The notes below the pieces were generated by a model that saw only the letters and a program-made list of their open reading frames with translations, was not told where the DNA came from and searched no databases. From positions 1 to 57,955 of the IMG/VR virus record IMGVR_UViG_3300027733_000003: 57,955 nucleotides of DNA; one strand, 5' to 3'. Source of the DNA: a virus (taxonomy: Duplodnaviria > Caudoviricetes). Below are positions 29,208-38,635 of the stretch, one piece after another. Position 1 is the stretch's first letter, and every line of letters begins with the position of its first letter. The position numbers and the translations under genes are program-made.

Positions 29208-29585
29208 TTATCTCAACTCAAGCCAGAATACACCACTGTTTACGCTTGCAATTCTGTATGTGTCACCGTTTGGAACTATAAAAGTTACAGGGACAAATGC
29301 CGCAAATGTTTGCGTAGTTAACCCGCCGATAATTACGCTATTACTTGCAGAACTACCACCCATAATAAACACAGTAATCGGCCTGCCTGAACTATTTGTG
29401 TACGTTGTTGCAGCGGCTCTACTTGCGCTTAAGTTTTGCCATGTTTGACCAATGCCAATTACATCTGCTTGCAATGCCACCGTGCCTGTAACCGCTTGCA
29501 AAGTCAGCGTGTTTGTACCCGCAACGGCTGGCGCGGCAACAGTGATCGTGCCGCTGGTGTCGCCTGTTAAAACAAGTGAACTCAT
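29208..29585 (-). CDS. Short tail fibre tip/adhesin protein
   Basis: MSSLVLTGDTSG; GIGQTWQNL..SRA..TTYTNSSGRPI; W.ELR end. Confidence 0.75.
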   Translation of the reverse strand: MSSLVLTGDTSGTITVAAPAVAGTNTLTLQAVTGTVALQADVIGIGQTWQNLSASRAAATTYTNSSGRPITVFIMGGSSASNSVIIGGLTTQTFAAFVPVTFIVPNGDTYRIASVNSGVFWLELR

Positions 29586-29594
29586 ATTATTCCT

Positions 29595-30524
29595 TTACAA
29601 AACAACGTAACGGCTACCAGTGGGTACGGTCAACGTCACACCAGTTCCAAGAATTATAGGGCCAACAGAATGGGCATTTTTGTTGGTTGTAATGGCGTAA
29701 CTTGCCGATATGGTGAGAAAGTTTTCAAAGATTACACCGCCAGCCACTGCGCCAGTACCAGTAGCAACACCACTGGTTAGTTGAAATTGAGTGCCATCAT
29801 AGATAATCTGTACGGCAGCACCAATAAGTATGTCGTTAGATGCAAGAGCAGTGCTACCAAACTTGGTAATAGCTTTAGCACCTAGACCGTTTAGGTTAAT
29901 TGTTACCGCCCCAATATTAGAAGCAGCAGCAACAAACCTAAATGTTTGACCAGTTGCGTAAGACGCAATTGAAGGAGTTACAGTACCTGTAATAGTACTA
30001 GTACCAGCAACACTTCCAATTAATATCTCAGTACCATTCTGACCAACAGCAGCTAAATTGGTACGAGCGCCGCTAGCTGTAGTAGAACCTGTACCACCAC
30101 TTGCTACGGGCAAAGCGCCACCAGCAAAAGTAGGAACGTTTGTGAAAGATACAGCAGGCCCAGTAAAACTGTTTGTACCTGAAAATGTATTCGCCGCAGA
30201 AAATGTATTGGGGCCGTCTTGAGTAGCAAAGTTGGTAAGGGCCGCAGCGGTTACACGAAGTTCAAGTTTGTCAGCTGCTGCATATGCACGGGCTGTGGTG
30301 CCTTCTTGCGCACGAGTAGCAGTCAAAGTATCTCCCGAACGGGCTGTAATTTTGACAATCTCAATATTGTTACTGGAGTCCACCAATGTGGCGTAGAAAT
30401 AATCTCCAGCACCCAAAGTTGGAAACAAAGCTCCTTGGCTAGTTGTTACAGTCAAGCTGGTCGACGAAGTTGTTATAGACGCTGCAAGCGTTGCTGTTGC
30501 GTTGTTTGTAAATTTGATACTCAT
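29595..30524 (-). CDS. Tail fibre protein
   Basis: FTNNATATL...EIVKITARSGDTLTATRAQEGT...ELRVTA; LPVASGGTG. Confidence 0.8.
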   Translation of the reverse strand: MSIKFTNNATATLAASITTSSTSLTVTTSQGALFPTLGAGDYFYATLVDSSNNIEIVKITARSGDTLTATRAQEGTTARAYAAADKLELRVTAAALTNFATQDGPNTFSAANTFSGTNSFTGPAVSFTNVPTFAGGALPVASGGTGSTTASGARTNLAAVGQNGTEILIGSVAGTSTITGTVTPSIASYATGQTFRFVAAASNIGAVTINLNGLGAKAITKFGSTALASNDILIGAAVQIIYDGTQFQLTSGVATGTGAVAGGVIFENFLTISASYAITTNKNAHSVGPIILGTGVTLTVPTGSRYVVL

Positions 30525-30535
30525 TTAGCTACCTT

Positions 30536-30907
30536 TTATTTCAGGTTACGCAGCTTGTACAGCGTGCTCAAGTACAACGCCACAGCTTCGTCAATCAAGT
30601 TTTGAATGGCAGTTTCTGTGCGCTCAACAGCGGTGTACCGAAGTTTTTCAATGGCCGCAAGCTGCTGTTCCAGAACCACGTCAATTGAGCCAGTCATATC
30701 ATTATCCAAAAGGGGTATTTTGTCAATGATTCCGTTCCGTCCTTGGTAGGCTTCAGCAATTGAGTCGGCAATCTCTACGACTTCATTGTAAAACGTGCTT
30801 AGCGCCATGTGTTGGGAAAAGCTTTTTGTACGCAGATGTTCCCGGTGGGCAATTTCCCGTCCTAGGAACAACATGGCAATAAGCTGCCCAATCTTGGTTG
30901 AGTCCAT
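30536..30907 (-). CDS. Ferritin/Dps-like four-helix protein (DUF5856-like)
   Basis: AHREHLRTKSFSQHMAL..FY...D.IAEAYQG...IQNLIDE...TLYKL. Confidence 0.75.
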   Translation of the reverse strand: MDSTKIGQLIAMLFLGREIAHREHLRTKSFSQHMALSTFYNEVVEIADSIAEAYQGRNGIIDKIPLLDNDMTGSIDVVLEQQLAAIEKLRYTAVERTETAIQNLIDEAVALYLSTLYKLRNLK

Positions 30908-30919
30908 TATGTGTTTCCT

Positions 30920-32665
30920 TTATAAAATAACCCAACGGCTACCGCTGGAAACTGTAACTGACTGACCAGATGCAATTGTCATTTTTCCAACTGACATCGC
31001 TGAATTGCCCGTTGCAATCGTGTAACTTGTAGCTACAGTTTGGCTATTAACATGAATTCCGTTGGTTGCATTGACAATAGATGACTGCAATTCACCTGTG
31101 GATGGCTTGTAAAGGTATTTTGCATTGCTTGTGTAAACAGTTAATGCTGTACCAGTCGTAGCAGACGCAAATAATGGGTAGACATTGGTTGCCGTAGTGG
31201 TGTCGTTGCTGATTGCCGCGCCGCCTACTGATGCCCATGTAGTGCCGTTATGCCCTTCAAATTGCGTTGTAGTGGTGTTGAAACGCAAATAACCAGCAAC
31301 TCCTGTTGGCTGCTGTGCTGTTGTTCCTTTAGGGATTAGTACGGCATCTGTTGCGCTGATAGCCAAGGTAACGGCTGGAGATGCTGTGCCAAGTCCGACT
31401 TTACCGGTTGCATCTTTGTAAATCTGATTTGTGCCGATAGCAATAATGCCCGTGCCGCCTGTCAGTGTGGTCGTGTAAGCAAGCGCAGTAAATGAACCTG
31501 CCGCAGATGCTGTTCCACCAATAGCTGGAGGACTGGCCAAATAAGTGCTGAAACCTGTACCGCTGACAGTACTGGACGCAGACAACGTAGTGAACGCGCC
31601 TGCCGCTGCCGCTGTACCGCCAATTGCTGGGGGTGACGCTAAGTATGTAGAGAATCCAGTGCCACTGACGGTACTTGATGCAGATAAGGTGGTAAACGCC
31701 CCGGCAGCTGCTGCGGTACCGCCAATAGCTGGAGGGCTGGCCAAATACGTAGAGAACCCAGTGCCGCTAACAGTACTGGACGCAGCCAACGTTGTGAATG
31801 CGCCTGTTGATGCTGTTGTTGCCCCAACCGTTCCGTTAATGTTGAAGTTGGTGGCAGTACCTGTAATGTTTGTACCAACCAATGCAGACGGTGTGCCAAG
31901 GGCCGGAGTCACTAATGTAGGCGATGTAGCAAGAACAACTACAGTTCCTGTACCTGTTGTCGAATAGGATGTACCCCAAGCTGAGCCTGTACTGTTAGCA
32001 ATACCTGTTGCTGGATATGTAAATAAATATGGCGCAGCAAATTGAGTAAACGTAATAGCTGTAGTTCCAACAGTAATTGGGAGTGGTGTTTGCTGCACCC
32101 ATGAGCTATTGGATAAGCTGCCACCAGACAATACAAGGATAAAGTCGCCAGCGTCAATTTCGTTTGTACCAGACCCGCTGGTATCGTAATCAGTTGCACG
32201 GGTCAGGATATAAGGCAGTACCGCTGTACCCGCTTGAGTCAGCGTGTATACCCCATTGTTAGCGCCAGCTACTTCATTCTTTATTAAAAGCCGTTTACCA
32301 ACATCGCCAATAACCAATGTATAGCCATCAATGGTTAGCGTACCAACTGCTACAGCAGTTAAGGTAGCCCCCACCCCGCTTGAACCGTTGTTATAGGTGT
32401 TTGCTGCTAGGGCTGCTATTGTTGCGTAGTTACAAGCCGAGTGAAAATTAAGGCCAGAAGCAATTCCATCAACATATAACTTATTTGCAATATCAGTATT
32501 TGCAGATGGCGCTGTAGAGATTGTTCCTGTCGTCAAAGCAACGGAAGTAATATCCGTGTTTGCGCCTACCGCTGCTTTACCGGTGTTTAAGTTGGTAAAG
32601 TTGGCATCAACTTCCGTATTGGTTAACGGAGAACCTTTACCGGCCCGAGTGACAATCGTTACCAT
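30920..32665 (-). CDS. Tail fibre protein
   Basis: RAGKGSPLTNTEVDANF, NGVY...LTRATDYD, YLRFNTTTTQFEG. Confidence 0.85.
   Translation of the reverse strand: MVTIVTRAGKGSPLTNTEVDANFTNLNTGKAAVGANTDITSVALTTGTISTAPSANTDIANKLYVDGIASGLNFHSACNYATIAALAANTYNNGSSGVGATLTAVAVGTLTIDGYTLVIGDVGKRLLIKNEVAGANNGVYTLTQAGTAVLPYILTRATDYDTSGSGTNEIDAGDFILVLSGGSLSNSSWVQQTPLPITVGTTAITFTQFAAPYLFTYPATGIANSTGSAWGTSYSTTGTGTVVVLATSPTLVTPALGTPSALVGTNITGTATNFNINGTVGATTASTGAFTTLAASSTVSGTGFSTYLASPPAIGGTAAAAGAFTTLSASSTVSGTGFSTYLASPPAIGGTAAAAGAFTTLSASSTVSGTGFSTYLASPPAIGGTASAAGSFTALAYTTTLTGGTGIIAIGTNQIYKDATGKVGLGTASPAVTLAISATDAVLIPKGTTAQQPTGVAGYLRFNTTTTQFEGHNGTTWASVGGAAISNDTTTATNVYPLFASATTGTALTVYTSNAKYLYKPSTGELQSSIVNATNGIHVNSQTVATSYTIATGNSAMSVGKMTIASGQSVTVSSGSRWVIL
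31495..31805 (-). repeat. Three tandem 34-aa (102-bp) repeats in the tail fibre
   Basis: GAFTTLxASSTVSGTGFSTYLASPPAIGGTAxAA three times with synonymous divergence. Confidence 0.9.
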
Positions 32666-32676
32666 CTACTCTCCAA

Positions 32677-33123
32677 TCAGGAGACTGTAATAGTCCAAGT
32701 GATGCTCATTGCATCAGCAGCACCTTTATTGACAACAGAAAATACTGTGCGGCAAAGCATTGTTCCTGCGGAAGCCGCATTAAAAATACCTGCTTCAGTA
32801 ACTGCACCAGTACCAGTTCCGGCCGGAAAACTTGCTATGTATTCAATAGCATTTGTAGTCACAGTAGTCGAGGTCAGAGTTACCCGAGAACCAGAAATTA
32901 CGGTTTGTAAAGTTGTATCGCCTACTGCGGCTGCTGTAGTTCCAGTGCCTAACTCCATGTGTGTCATGGCAGTAGCAGTCGCATCTTTCATACGTGACGC
33001 TATGTAGTTTTTGCCTACAGTGACTACCAAATTTTTAATTTCGCGGGTGTCTTTAACCATGCCGCTTTCATCAAAAAGGTCAATTCGGACATCACCGGTA
33101 ATTTTGATACTGTCGTTAATCAT
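32677..33123 (-). CDS. Tail/baseplate-like structural protein
   Basis: KNLVVTVGK...TEAGIFNAASAGTMLCR...ITWTITV. Confidence 0.75.
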   Translation of the reverse strand: MINDSIKITGDVRIDLFDESGMVKDTREIKNLVVTVGKNYIASRMKDATATAMTHMELGTGTTAAAVGDTTLQTVISGSRVTLTSTTVTTNAIEYIASFPAGTGTGAVTEAGIFNAASAGTMLCRTVFSVVNKGAADAMSITWTITVS

Positions 33124-33135
33124 GGTTGCTCCTGC

Positions 33136-33864
33136 TTAGAAAGTTCTGGACTCGCCAACATAATCCGCAGCAAAGTATGTAATGTCGCAATAATTCTGCG
33201 CAACTACCAGCCCGCTGTCTGATGTAGACATTGTCTCTGAAAAAAGTTTACTTGTCGCTAATCTTGTAACATCTGGTGAAGAAACAGTATCACTGTATGC
33301 CGGTGAATAAACAACAGCTGTAAAGTCGCTTAACGAAAAAGAATCTGCTTTTGTGATACCAACCGCAATTACTTTTGTGTCTGATGTAGAAACTGTTTCA
33401 ACGTAAGCTGGGCTAATTAACTTAGCTGCACTATCAACTAAAGAAATTGTTTCTGCAAAGTCCCGAATAAATATCAAAACAGTAACAACGTTATCTGACA
33501 TAGCCACGCTGTCTGAAGTTGCTTGATCAAAAGCAATAGTAGTTGCGTCGTCAAGATAAAAAGAATCTGCATCAGCAATTTTTGAAACAACAAATGCTGT
33601 GTTTTCAACAACAGTGACTAAGTCTGTAGTGTATTTAAACAAGCCTGTTGTATCTAAGTAAGCAGCAGATGCGAGAAGAATATATGAAATATCCGATACT
33701 GGGTACACATGAGCAACAGTGGCTGCGGCAATTTGCGCAGAGGTAGCAACTACAGGGTACTGATTACTTTCAGAAACTACCGGCGAGACAACTACAACAC
33801 CTGCTCTCAGTTTGACTGATGTGACGCTAGATGTTGGGTTGGCAAGGGTAATTTTTGCGGGCAT
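33136..33864 (-). CDS. Structural protein with Ser/Thr/Asp beta repeats
   Basis: 242 aa, repeated (D/E)(T/S)x(S)xSD pattern. Confidence 0.65.
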   Translation of the reverse strand: MPAKITLANPTSSVTSVKLRAGVVVVSPVVSESNQYPVVATSAQIAAATVAHVYPVSDISYILLASAAYLDTTGLFKYTTDLVTVVENTAFVVSKIADADSFYLDDATTIAFDQATSDSVAMSDNVVTVLIFIRDFAETISLVDSAAKLISPAYVETVSTSDTKVIAVGITKADSFSLSDFTAVVYSPAYSDTVSSPDVTRLATSKLFSETMSTSDSGLVVAQNYCDITYFAADYVGESRTF

Positions 33865-34196
33865 TAGAAATCAGCCCTTACTTTAAATTTCAACACGTCA
33901 TACACTGTTTGAATAGTACCGTCGGCAAATGTAATTTCTATCTCACCTTCATAGTCTCCTGCGTCTCCTGTCAACATGGCAGGATTAGACGATGGATAGA
34001 AAGTAACTTCTCCATTGGGGCCATTAGTAATTGAGCCAGTCACTGTAGCTTGTAAAGTAGACGAACCAAGTGCACGAAATTTTAATAGAACTGTTGCACC
34101 AGTAATAGGAATTACAGCACCAGTTGTGTCGTCTGTGATATTACACACCAACGCAGGGCGGGTATCATCTTTAACCAGTTTAATTTTGTCAGTCAT
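33864..34196 (-). CDS. BppU-like N-terminal (Ig-like) domain protein
   Basis: DTRPAL...AGDYEGEIEITFADG.IQT. Confidence 0.65.
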   Translation of the reverse strand: MTDKIKLVKDDTRPALVCNITDDTTGAVIPITGATVLLKFRALGSSTLQATVTGSITNGPNGEVTFYPSSNPAMLTGDAGDYEGEIEITFADGTIQTVYDVLKFKVRADF

Positions 34197-34843
34197 ACAA
34201 GCCTCTGAAATTCAATTTGAACTGACGCACGAGTCAAGCCCTTATTCACTTGGGTACGAACATCAGCCATAACATCATTGAAACGCTTCAGGTATTCCAT
34301 TGATGTTTTGAGATCGTAGTATGGTTGGTTTGGTGTGTTGTACAACCTTGCTCGTGCACCATACGCAATGTCTTCAAGAAACCGTTCAAAGATTTCTTCT
34401 TGTATGGTTGTAGATGCACGACTTGGCTTCAACGCAGCCAACACACGAATTTTGTTTGCCTCAGTTACTTTAGGGTAAGGCACTAAACGAATCTCTTGTG
34501 AAGACGGGCGGTAGTAGTAATAGGGATTTCCATCTAACGTATTCCAGTTAGTTGTGCGGTAAATCTGTGTCAACTGCTCAATTGACTTTGGCACAAGAAA
34601 CTGTTCGCCGTACCAGCACTCAATAATGTCAGCAATTTTGTATGTGCCTTCATTAGCTTCAAGGTCATATGTGCCAATTGTTGCAACACCAGCCATTGGG
34701 TCAAGGTGCTGTTGAATGTACCGAGTCTCTTGGCAGAATTCTACGCAAGCATTCCGAATTGCGTTAAACGCAACAACCTCAGGCACGTCCTTAACAAACT
34801 GCATAACTTCTGGCAAAAACAAGTCGTATGCAACTTCGCTCAT
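34193..34843 (-). CDS. Head-tail adaptor/tail tubular protein
   Basis: AIRNACVEFC, ALKPS, IAYGARARL...PNQPY; synteny. Confidence 0.7.
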   Translation of the reverse strand: MSEVAYDLFLPEVMQFVKDVPEVVAFNAIRNACVEFCQETRYIQQHLDPMAGVATIGTYDLEANEGTYKIADIIECWYGEQFLVPKSIEQLTQIYRTTNWNTLDGNPYYYYRPSSQEIRLVPYPKVTEANKIRVLAALKPSRASTTIQEEIFERFLEDIAYGARARLYNTPNQPYYDLKTSMEYLKRFNDVMADVRTQVNKGLTRASVQIEFQRLV

Positions 34844-35526
34844 GATATTGATCCGGGCATAGTGGGGTTACGAGGCAACAAGCCCAATTCAGGTGAACCT
34901 GTTGTTTCAGACTGACCTTTAACGCTTGTAGAGGCTGAAAATGTAGTCAGATACATCTGACCCAAAGTGACACCTGCTGCGTACTCAGCATCTTTGGTAC
35001 AGGCACGGAACATGATGTAGTCCAGCAAAGGGCCTTGGTACACATCAAAGATTGGAATAACTTGAGCCTCAGAAGTTAAATCAACAGGCTGCAATGAATA
35101 GTTGATCTCAATATAGTTTGTGCCCGTGCTTGGCGGATATACGTAATACGCCGTCTGGTCTTGCAAGTCGTAAATATAATTTTTAGTAATCGCACTAGCA
35201 GTGGTTGTGTGCCAGTCTGGATTAAACGCATCCAACAACTCTCGAGAAATGATGCGAACAGCACGACCCGGAGTTGTGCCTGTAGTACCCATATTCCGGT
35301 AAATGCCTAAAAGCATCCACCCGCCCGTAGGCAAAGTTTGTCTTGTTCCCGCTACAAGCTGCACCGCAACGGGTGTATTTGTAGCATTTGGCTGCATGAG
35401 CACAATTTGACGTAAGCCGTCATTGAGCCATTTTAATAGCTCCGCCCTTGTCCAGCGAACGCCAGAAATGTCGATAAGCTGTATTACAGCTTTATCAATA
35501 ATAGCCCCAGCGGTAACTGTACCCAT
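34840..35526 (-). CDS. Head-tail adaptor (DUF6682-like)
   Basis: RWTRAELLKWLNDG...YVYPP...LLDYIMFRA..KDAEY. Confidence 0.75.
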   Translation of the reverse strand: MGTVTAGAIIDKAVIQLIDISGVRWTRAELLKWLNDGLRQIVLMQPNATNTPVAVQLVAGTRQTLPTGGWMLLGIYRNMGTTGTTPGRAVRIISRELLDAFNPDWHTTTASAITKNYIYDLQDQTAYYVYPPSTGTNYIEINYSLQPVDLTSEAQVIPIFDVYQGPLLDYIMFRACTKDAEYAAGVTLGQMYLTTFSASTSVKGQSETTGSPELGLLPRNPTMPGSIS

Positions 35527-35542
35527 GCAACTTCCTTCAATT

Positions 35543-35564
35543 AATAGGGGCCGAAGCCCCTATT
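35543..35564. terminator. Terminator-like hairpin
   Basis: AATAGGGGC-CGAA-GCCCCTATT. Confidence 0.7.
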
Positions 35565-35567
35565 TTA

Positions 35568-35957
35568 TCAAGCACCTTTAATGGCGATCCAAGTTGCAGC
35601 TGTGTCATCCACTTTAATAAATTGAGCAACTGTAACAGTTGATAGCGAATAGGCTGCACCTGCCGTGCCTCCATTTATAACGCCTGTCGATGCTGTTGCA
35701 GAACCATAAACTTTTAAAGTAGCAGCTGAAGTGTTTGCCACCACAACTGTATCACCAGCTACACGGTTTGTAGGAAGAGTTACCCCATCTGTTGTACTAG
35801 CGACAACTGTCGATACCACGTTTATATCAGCAGTCAAAGCCGTACCAGTTGTAATGGTAGTACCAGCAGCAGCAATACCAGTTGCCACAGTACCAACAAC
35901 ACCGAGGGCTTGAGTGCCGTATAAACCGCTAATTATCAAGTCATTTTTCGTAGTCAT
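35568..35957 (-). CDS. Capsid decoration/cement-like protein
   Basis: Directly after the capsid gene, AAGGA RBS, Thr/Ala/Gly-rich. Confidence 0.6.
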   Translation of the reverse strand: MTTKNDLIISGLYGTQALGVVGTVATGIAAAGTTITTGTALTADINVVSTVVASTTDGVTLPTNRVAGDTVVVANTSAATLKVYGSATASTGVINGGTAGAAYSLSTVTVAQFIKVDDTAATWIAIKGA

Positions 35958-35976
35958 GTTTTTTCCTTTAGGTAAG

Positions 35977-35998
35977 AAAAGCGGGGCCAAAGCCCCGC
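35977..35998 (-). terminator. Terminator after the major capsid gene
   Basis: GCGGGGC-TTTG-GCCCCGC-TTTT on the - strand. Confidence 0.75.
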
Positions 35999-36006
35999 CT
36001 TATTCT

Positions 36007-37029
36007 TTAGCCTGCGACTTGCAACAGGGCCAAACCGTTTGTCTGAGCGACTTGGGTGCCGTACACATTCAAACCGCGAACCAATGTACCGAAGTCATTG
36101 GGGTTTTGCAGTGACTCAACCTTGGCGATTTGAGATGCAAAAGTGATTGCTGACTTGTGGCCTGCGATCACAGCATGACGCTTCAATGCGCTGGTCAGAG
36201 TTGCGTCTGTACCAGTGTTAGGGTTCATGTAAGTCTTACCAACAGCGCCACGTGGAACGAGGTTAGAGACATACACTGTGAAGCGGTCGATCATACCGAT
36301 CTTGCCGTTGCGCAAAACGCTGGCAGAGTCACCCATAAACTGGGCTTGTGCCAAGTTTGATTGCATCAGGATTTGACGCTCTGTAGGGGTGATGATCAAC
36401 CAACGGTCAGTCTCAGGGACGTTGTTCTCATCCAGCACGCTTGACAAAGCAGTGATGCTTGACAAGATGTTGGAAGCGGTCAAAGTCACAGGAGCCAGAT
36501 CGGTGCCCAGATTGAAAGAACCAGAGATTGCACCAGCGGTAGCGCCTTGGTTGGCAGCTGCGCCTTGGTTGAAGTTGGTATACAGAACGTCTTTGTCGAT
36601 CTGAATCTTCATCTGCATAGCAGCATCATTGGTGAACATGTCCATCAATTTAGGCTTAGCTTGCAACTCCAACACGTTGTTCACGTTGACGCCGAAGTAT
36701 TTACCCTTGTTGATGACCAGAGTGATGGTGCTGGGAGCAGGCACTTCATAAGCCAGATTCTGGCCAACAGAGTAGCTGTTGATGGTGATGGTAGGGATTG
36801 TATTGATGATCACGGTGTCGCCCATACCAGTAATGTCACCTTGCCAGTCAGTGTTGGCAATCTCACCGAAAACGGTGGCGGCATAGAATTTCTGTGCCAG
36901 TTTGCCAGACCAAAGGGCTGGGATGAAAGAACCAGAGTAGGCGGTGCCGGAATAGGCAACTTGACCTCCGGGGGTATTAAAACCGCCGGAGTTAATGGGA
37001 TAGGCTGCTGCTGCGGTGATCGTGGACAT
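36007..37029 (-). CDS. Major capsid protein
   Basis: FIPALWSGKL...ANTDWQGDI..MGDTVII...LDENNVPETDRW...RGLNVYG; follows the scaffold. Confidence 0.9.
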   Translation of the reverse strand: MSTITAAAAYPINSGGFNTPGGQVAYSGTAYSGSFIPALWSGKLAQKFYAATVFGEIANTDWQGDITGMGDTVIINTIPTITINSYSVGQNLAYEVPAPSTITLVINKGKYFGVNVNNVLELQAKPKLMDMFTNDAAMQMKIQIDKDVLYTNFNQGAAANQGATAGAISGSFNLGTDLAPVTLTASNILSSITALSSVLDENNVPETDRWLIITPTERQILMQSNLAQAQFMGDSASVLRNGKIGMIDRFTVYVSNLVPRGAVGKTYMNPNTGTDATLTSALKRHAVIAGHKSAITFASQIAKVESLQNPNDFGTLVRGLNVYGTQVAQTNGLALLQVAG

Positions 37030-37084
37030 GGTATTTCCTTTTTATGAAACGGTTTTGGTTTTCACCGCCATGTCCGGGGAATCT

Positions 37085-38035
37085 TTATCGGATTCGGCCT
37101 TCGGCATAGGCGGCATTGATATCTTTTTCAATTCGCTCCGCTTCTGCTTGGTCTAAATGCCCCTTGATCCACTCGTTATAGAAATTAGCAATTTGATCTT
37201 GTGACCAAACTGTTTTATCCCCAGCAGAAGTAGCAGGCGCAGGCGACGCACGTGAGCGGGTCGGTGCAACTTGACTCTGTAGCTGTTGGCTCGGCTTCTG
37301 TTGCATGGGGGCTACCTTACCTTGATACTGATTGAAAATGATTGCGGTGCGGTTTGCGTCAAGCGACTCATATGCGTTTGTCAACGCAACTTGTCTAGGC
37401 AATCCATACACAGGATCAACTTCAGCCAGCCAAGCTAGAAATCCTTGATCTATGTTCAAAGTTTCCCAGTTCGGTACTTGAGCGGACAGGTTGGCCAAGA
37501 ATTTGTCTTTATCAGACACAACTTGACGTTCAGTCACATTCCCAAGTTTGCCCTGTAGCTCCTCAATCCTCGACACCAAATGAGCGTTTTGACTACGAAA
37601 CTCCGCAACCTTTTGCTCAGATGCACGGTCAATAAGATCAAGCAGATCAGAACCAAATGCTTCTTTGTCTTGTTCAGTGATAAGAGTCTTCGCCGTAGAC
37701 GGTTGGGTCACAGTTTGCTGTACTCGGGCTGTTGCGTTTTCCGCAATGAGTTGCTGGACTTGTCCATTCATCTCACGCATCTGCGCGTGCAACCTTGGTA
37801 CTTCTGCGTCATACATTCCTTTAAGCGTCAGGTACTTGCGTTCCCACGTCTCTTCTGGAATTGTCGGCTTCGGTTCTGGCTCTTGCGAGATCGGTAGCTG
37901 TGGGGGTTCAGGGGCTGAGGCCGGGTTTGGTGCTAGGTTTGGGTCAGTCTCCGTGTTATCGGTCTGTCCTGTCATCTGGGCTACAAACGCATCTGCGTCA
38001 TCAACTTGTTTCTGAATCGCCTTTGGCAATGCCAT
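37085..38035 (-). CDS. Capsid scaffolding protein
   Basis: MALPKAIQ, KYLTLKGMYDAEVPRL, C-terminal A..EGRIR; position before capsid. Confidence 0.8.
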   Translation of the reverse strand: MALPKAIQKQVDDADAFVAQMTGQTDNTETDPNLAPNPASAPEPPQLPISQEPEPKPTIPEETWERKYLTLKGMYDAEVPRLHAQMREMNGQVQQLIAENATARVQQTVTQPSTAKTLITEQDKEAFGSDLLDLIDRASEQKVAEFRSQNAHLVSRIEELQGKLGNVTERQVVSDKDKFLANLSAQVPNWETLNIDQGFLAWLAEVDPVYGLPRQVALTNAYESLDANRTAIIFNQYQGKVAPMQQKPSQQLQSQVAPTRSRASPAPATSAGDKTVWSQDQIANFYNEWIKGHLDQAEAERIEKDINAAYAEGRIR

Positions 38036-38043
38036 ATCTCTAT

Positions 38044-38155
38044 CTCCTTCGCTCCGACTACGCTTGGGACTCCGACTTTACGGTCAGTCCGGGTACGCTT
38101 ACGGTCTGCTACTTGGTTTAAAAATTTAACTGTAAGCTCCGACTTAACGGTCTGC
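38044..38155 (-). promoter_or_regulatory. Repeated GACCGT/AGTCGGAG motifs in the scaffold 5' leader
   Basis: Three AGTCGGAG and three GACCGT copies just upstream of the AAGGAG RBS. Confidence 0.55.
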
Positions 38156-38389
38156 CTACTGTCTTCGGGTTTTGGCAATCAAGGCAGAACCTTGATCCAC
38201 CAACTCAAGAATTTCCTTGAGTTCGACAGCACGCCCTTGCAGGCGAACCATCTGATCTGTACTTTGCGCGTCTACAAGTCTATCGAGAGTCTCTTGTTGC
38301 CGCGCTTGCAAAAATTCTAACAGCGGTTTGAATTCGGCGGATTGCAACTGCAATAAGCAGCGGGCAACCCTTTCATCGACTCTAACCAA
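38156..38389 (-). CDS. Small helical head-region protein
   Basis: RLQGRAVELKEIL motif; position between portal and scaffold. Confidence 0.7.
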   Translation of the reverse strand: MVRVDERVARCLLQLQSAEFKPLLEFLQARQQETLDRLVDAQSTDQMVRLQGRAVELKEILELVDQGSALIAKTRRQ

Positions 38390-38581
38390 TTACTTGCACA
38401 TGCCGTCAGTTTTGGCAGTCATAGCAGTGTATTCAGCACCGCCACGTTTGCCCAAATTGATGATGTCGCCATCAGAACCACCAGCGCCTTGCGTTGCGGG
38501 GCCTTTAGACATGCCGTCAGTTTTGGCTGATTCTTGTTTGTACTCAGCTGAACGCTTTTCCACTGGATTTACTGCTTGCAT
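38390..38581 (-). CDS. Small protein with internal repeat (AKTDGM x2)
   Basis: AAGGAG RBS; EY...AKTDGM twice. Confidence 0.65.
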   Translation of the reverse strand: MQAVNPVEKRSAEYKQESAKTDGMSKGPATQGAGGSDGDIINLGKRGGAEYTAMTAKTDGMCK

Positions 38582-38607
38582 AAGAAACTCCTTTTGCGAT
38601 GTTGCGT

Positions 38608-38635
38608 ATTATCACTTGTTGCTGACACTTGTCAA
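38608..38635 (-). promoter_or_regulatory. Putative sigma70-type promoter for head genes
   Basis: TTGACA-N16-GATAAT. Confidence 0.55.

Noticed and set aside
31495-31805. DGR template/variable repeat or CRISPR-like array
   Set aside because: In-frame protein repeats with synonymous differences, not adenine-specific; no reverse transcriptase in the genome
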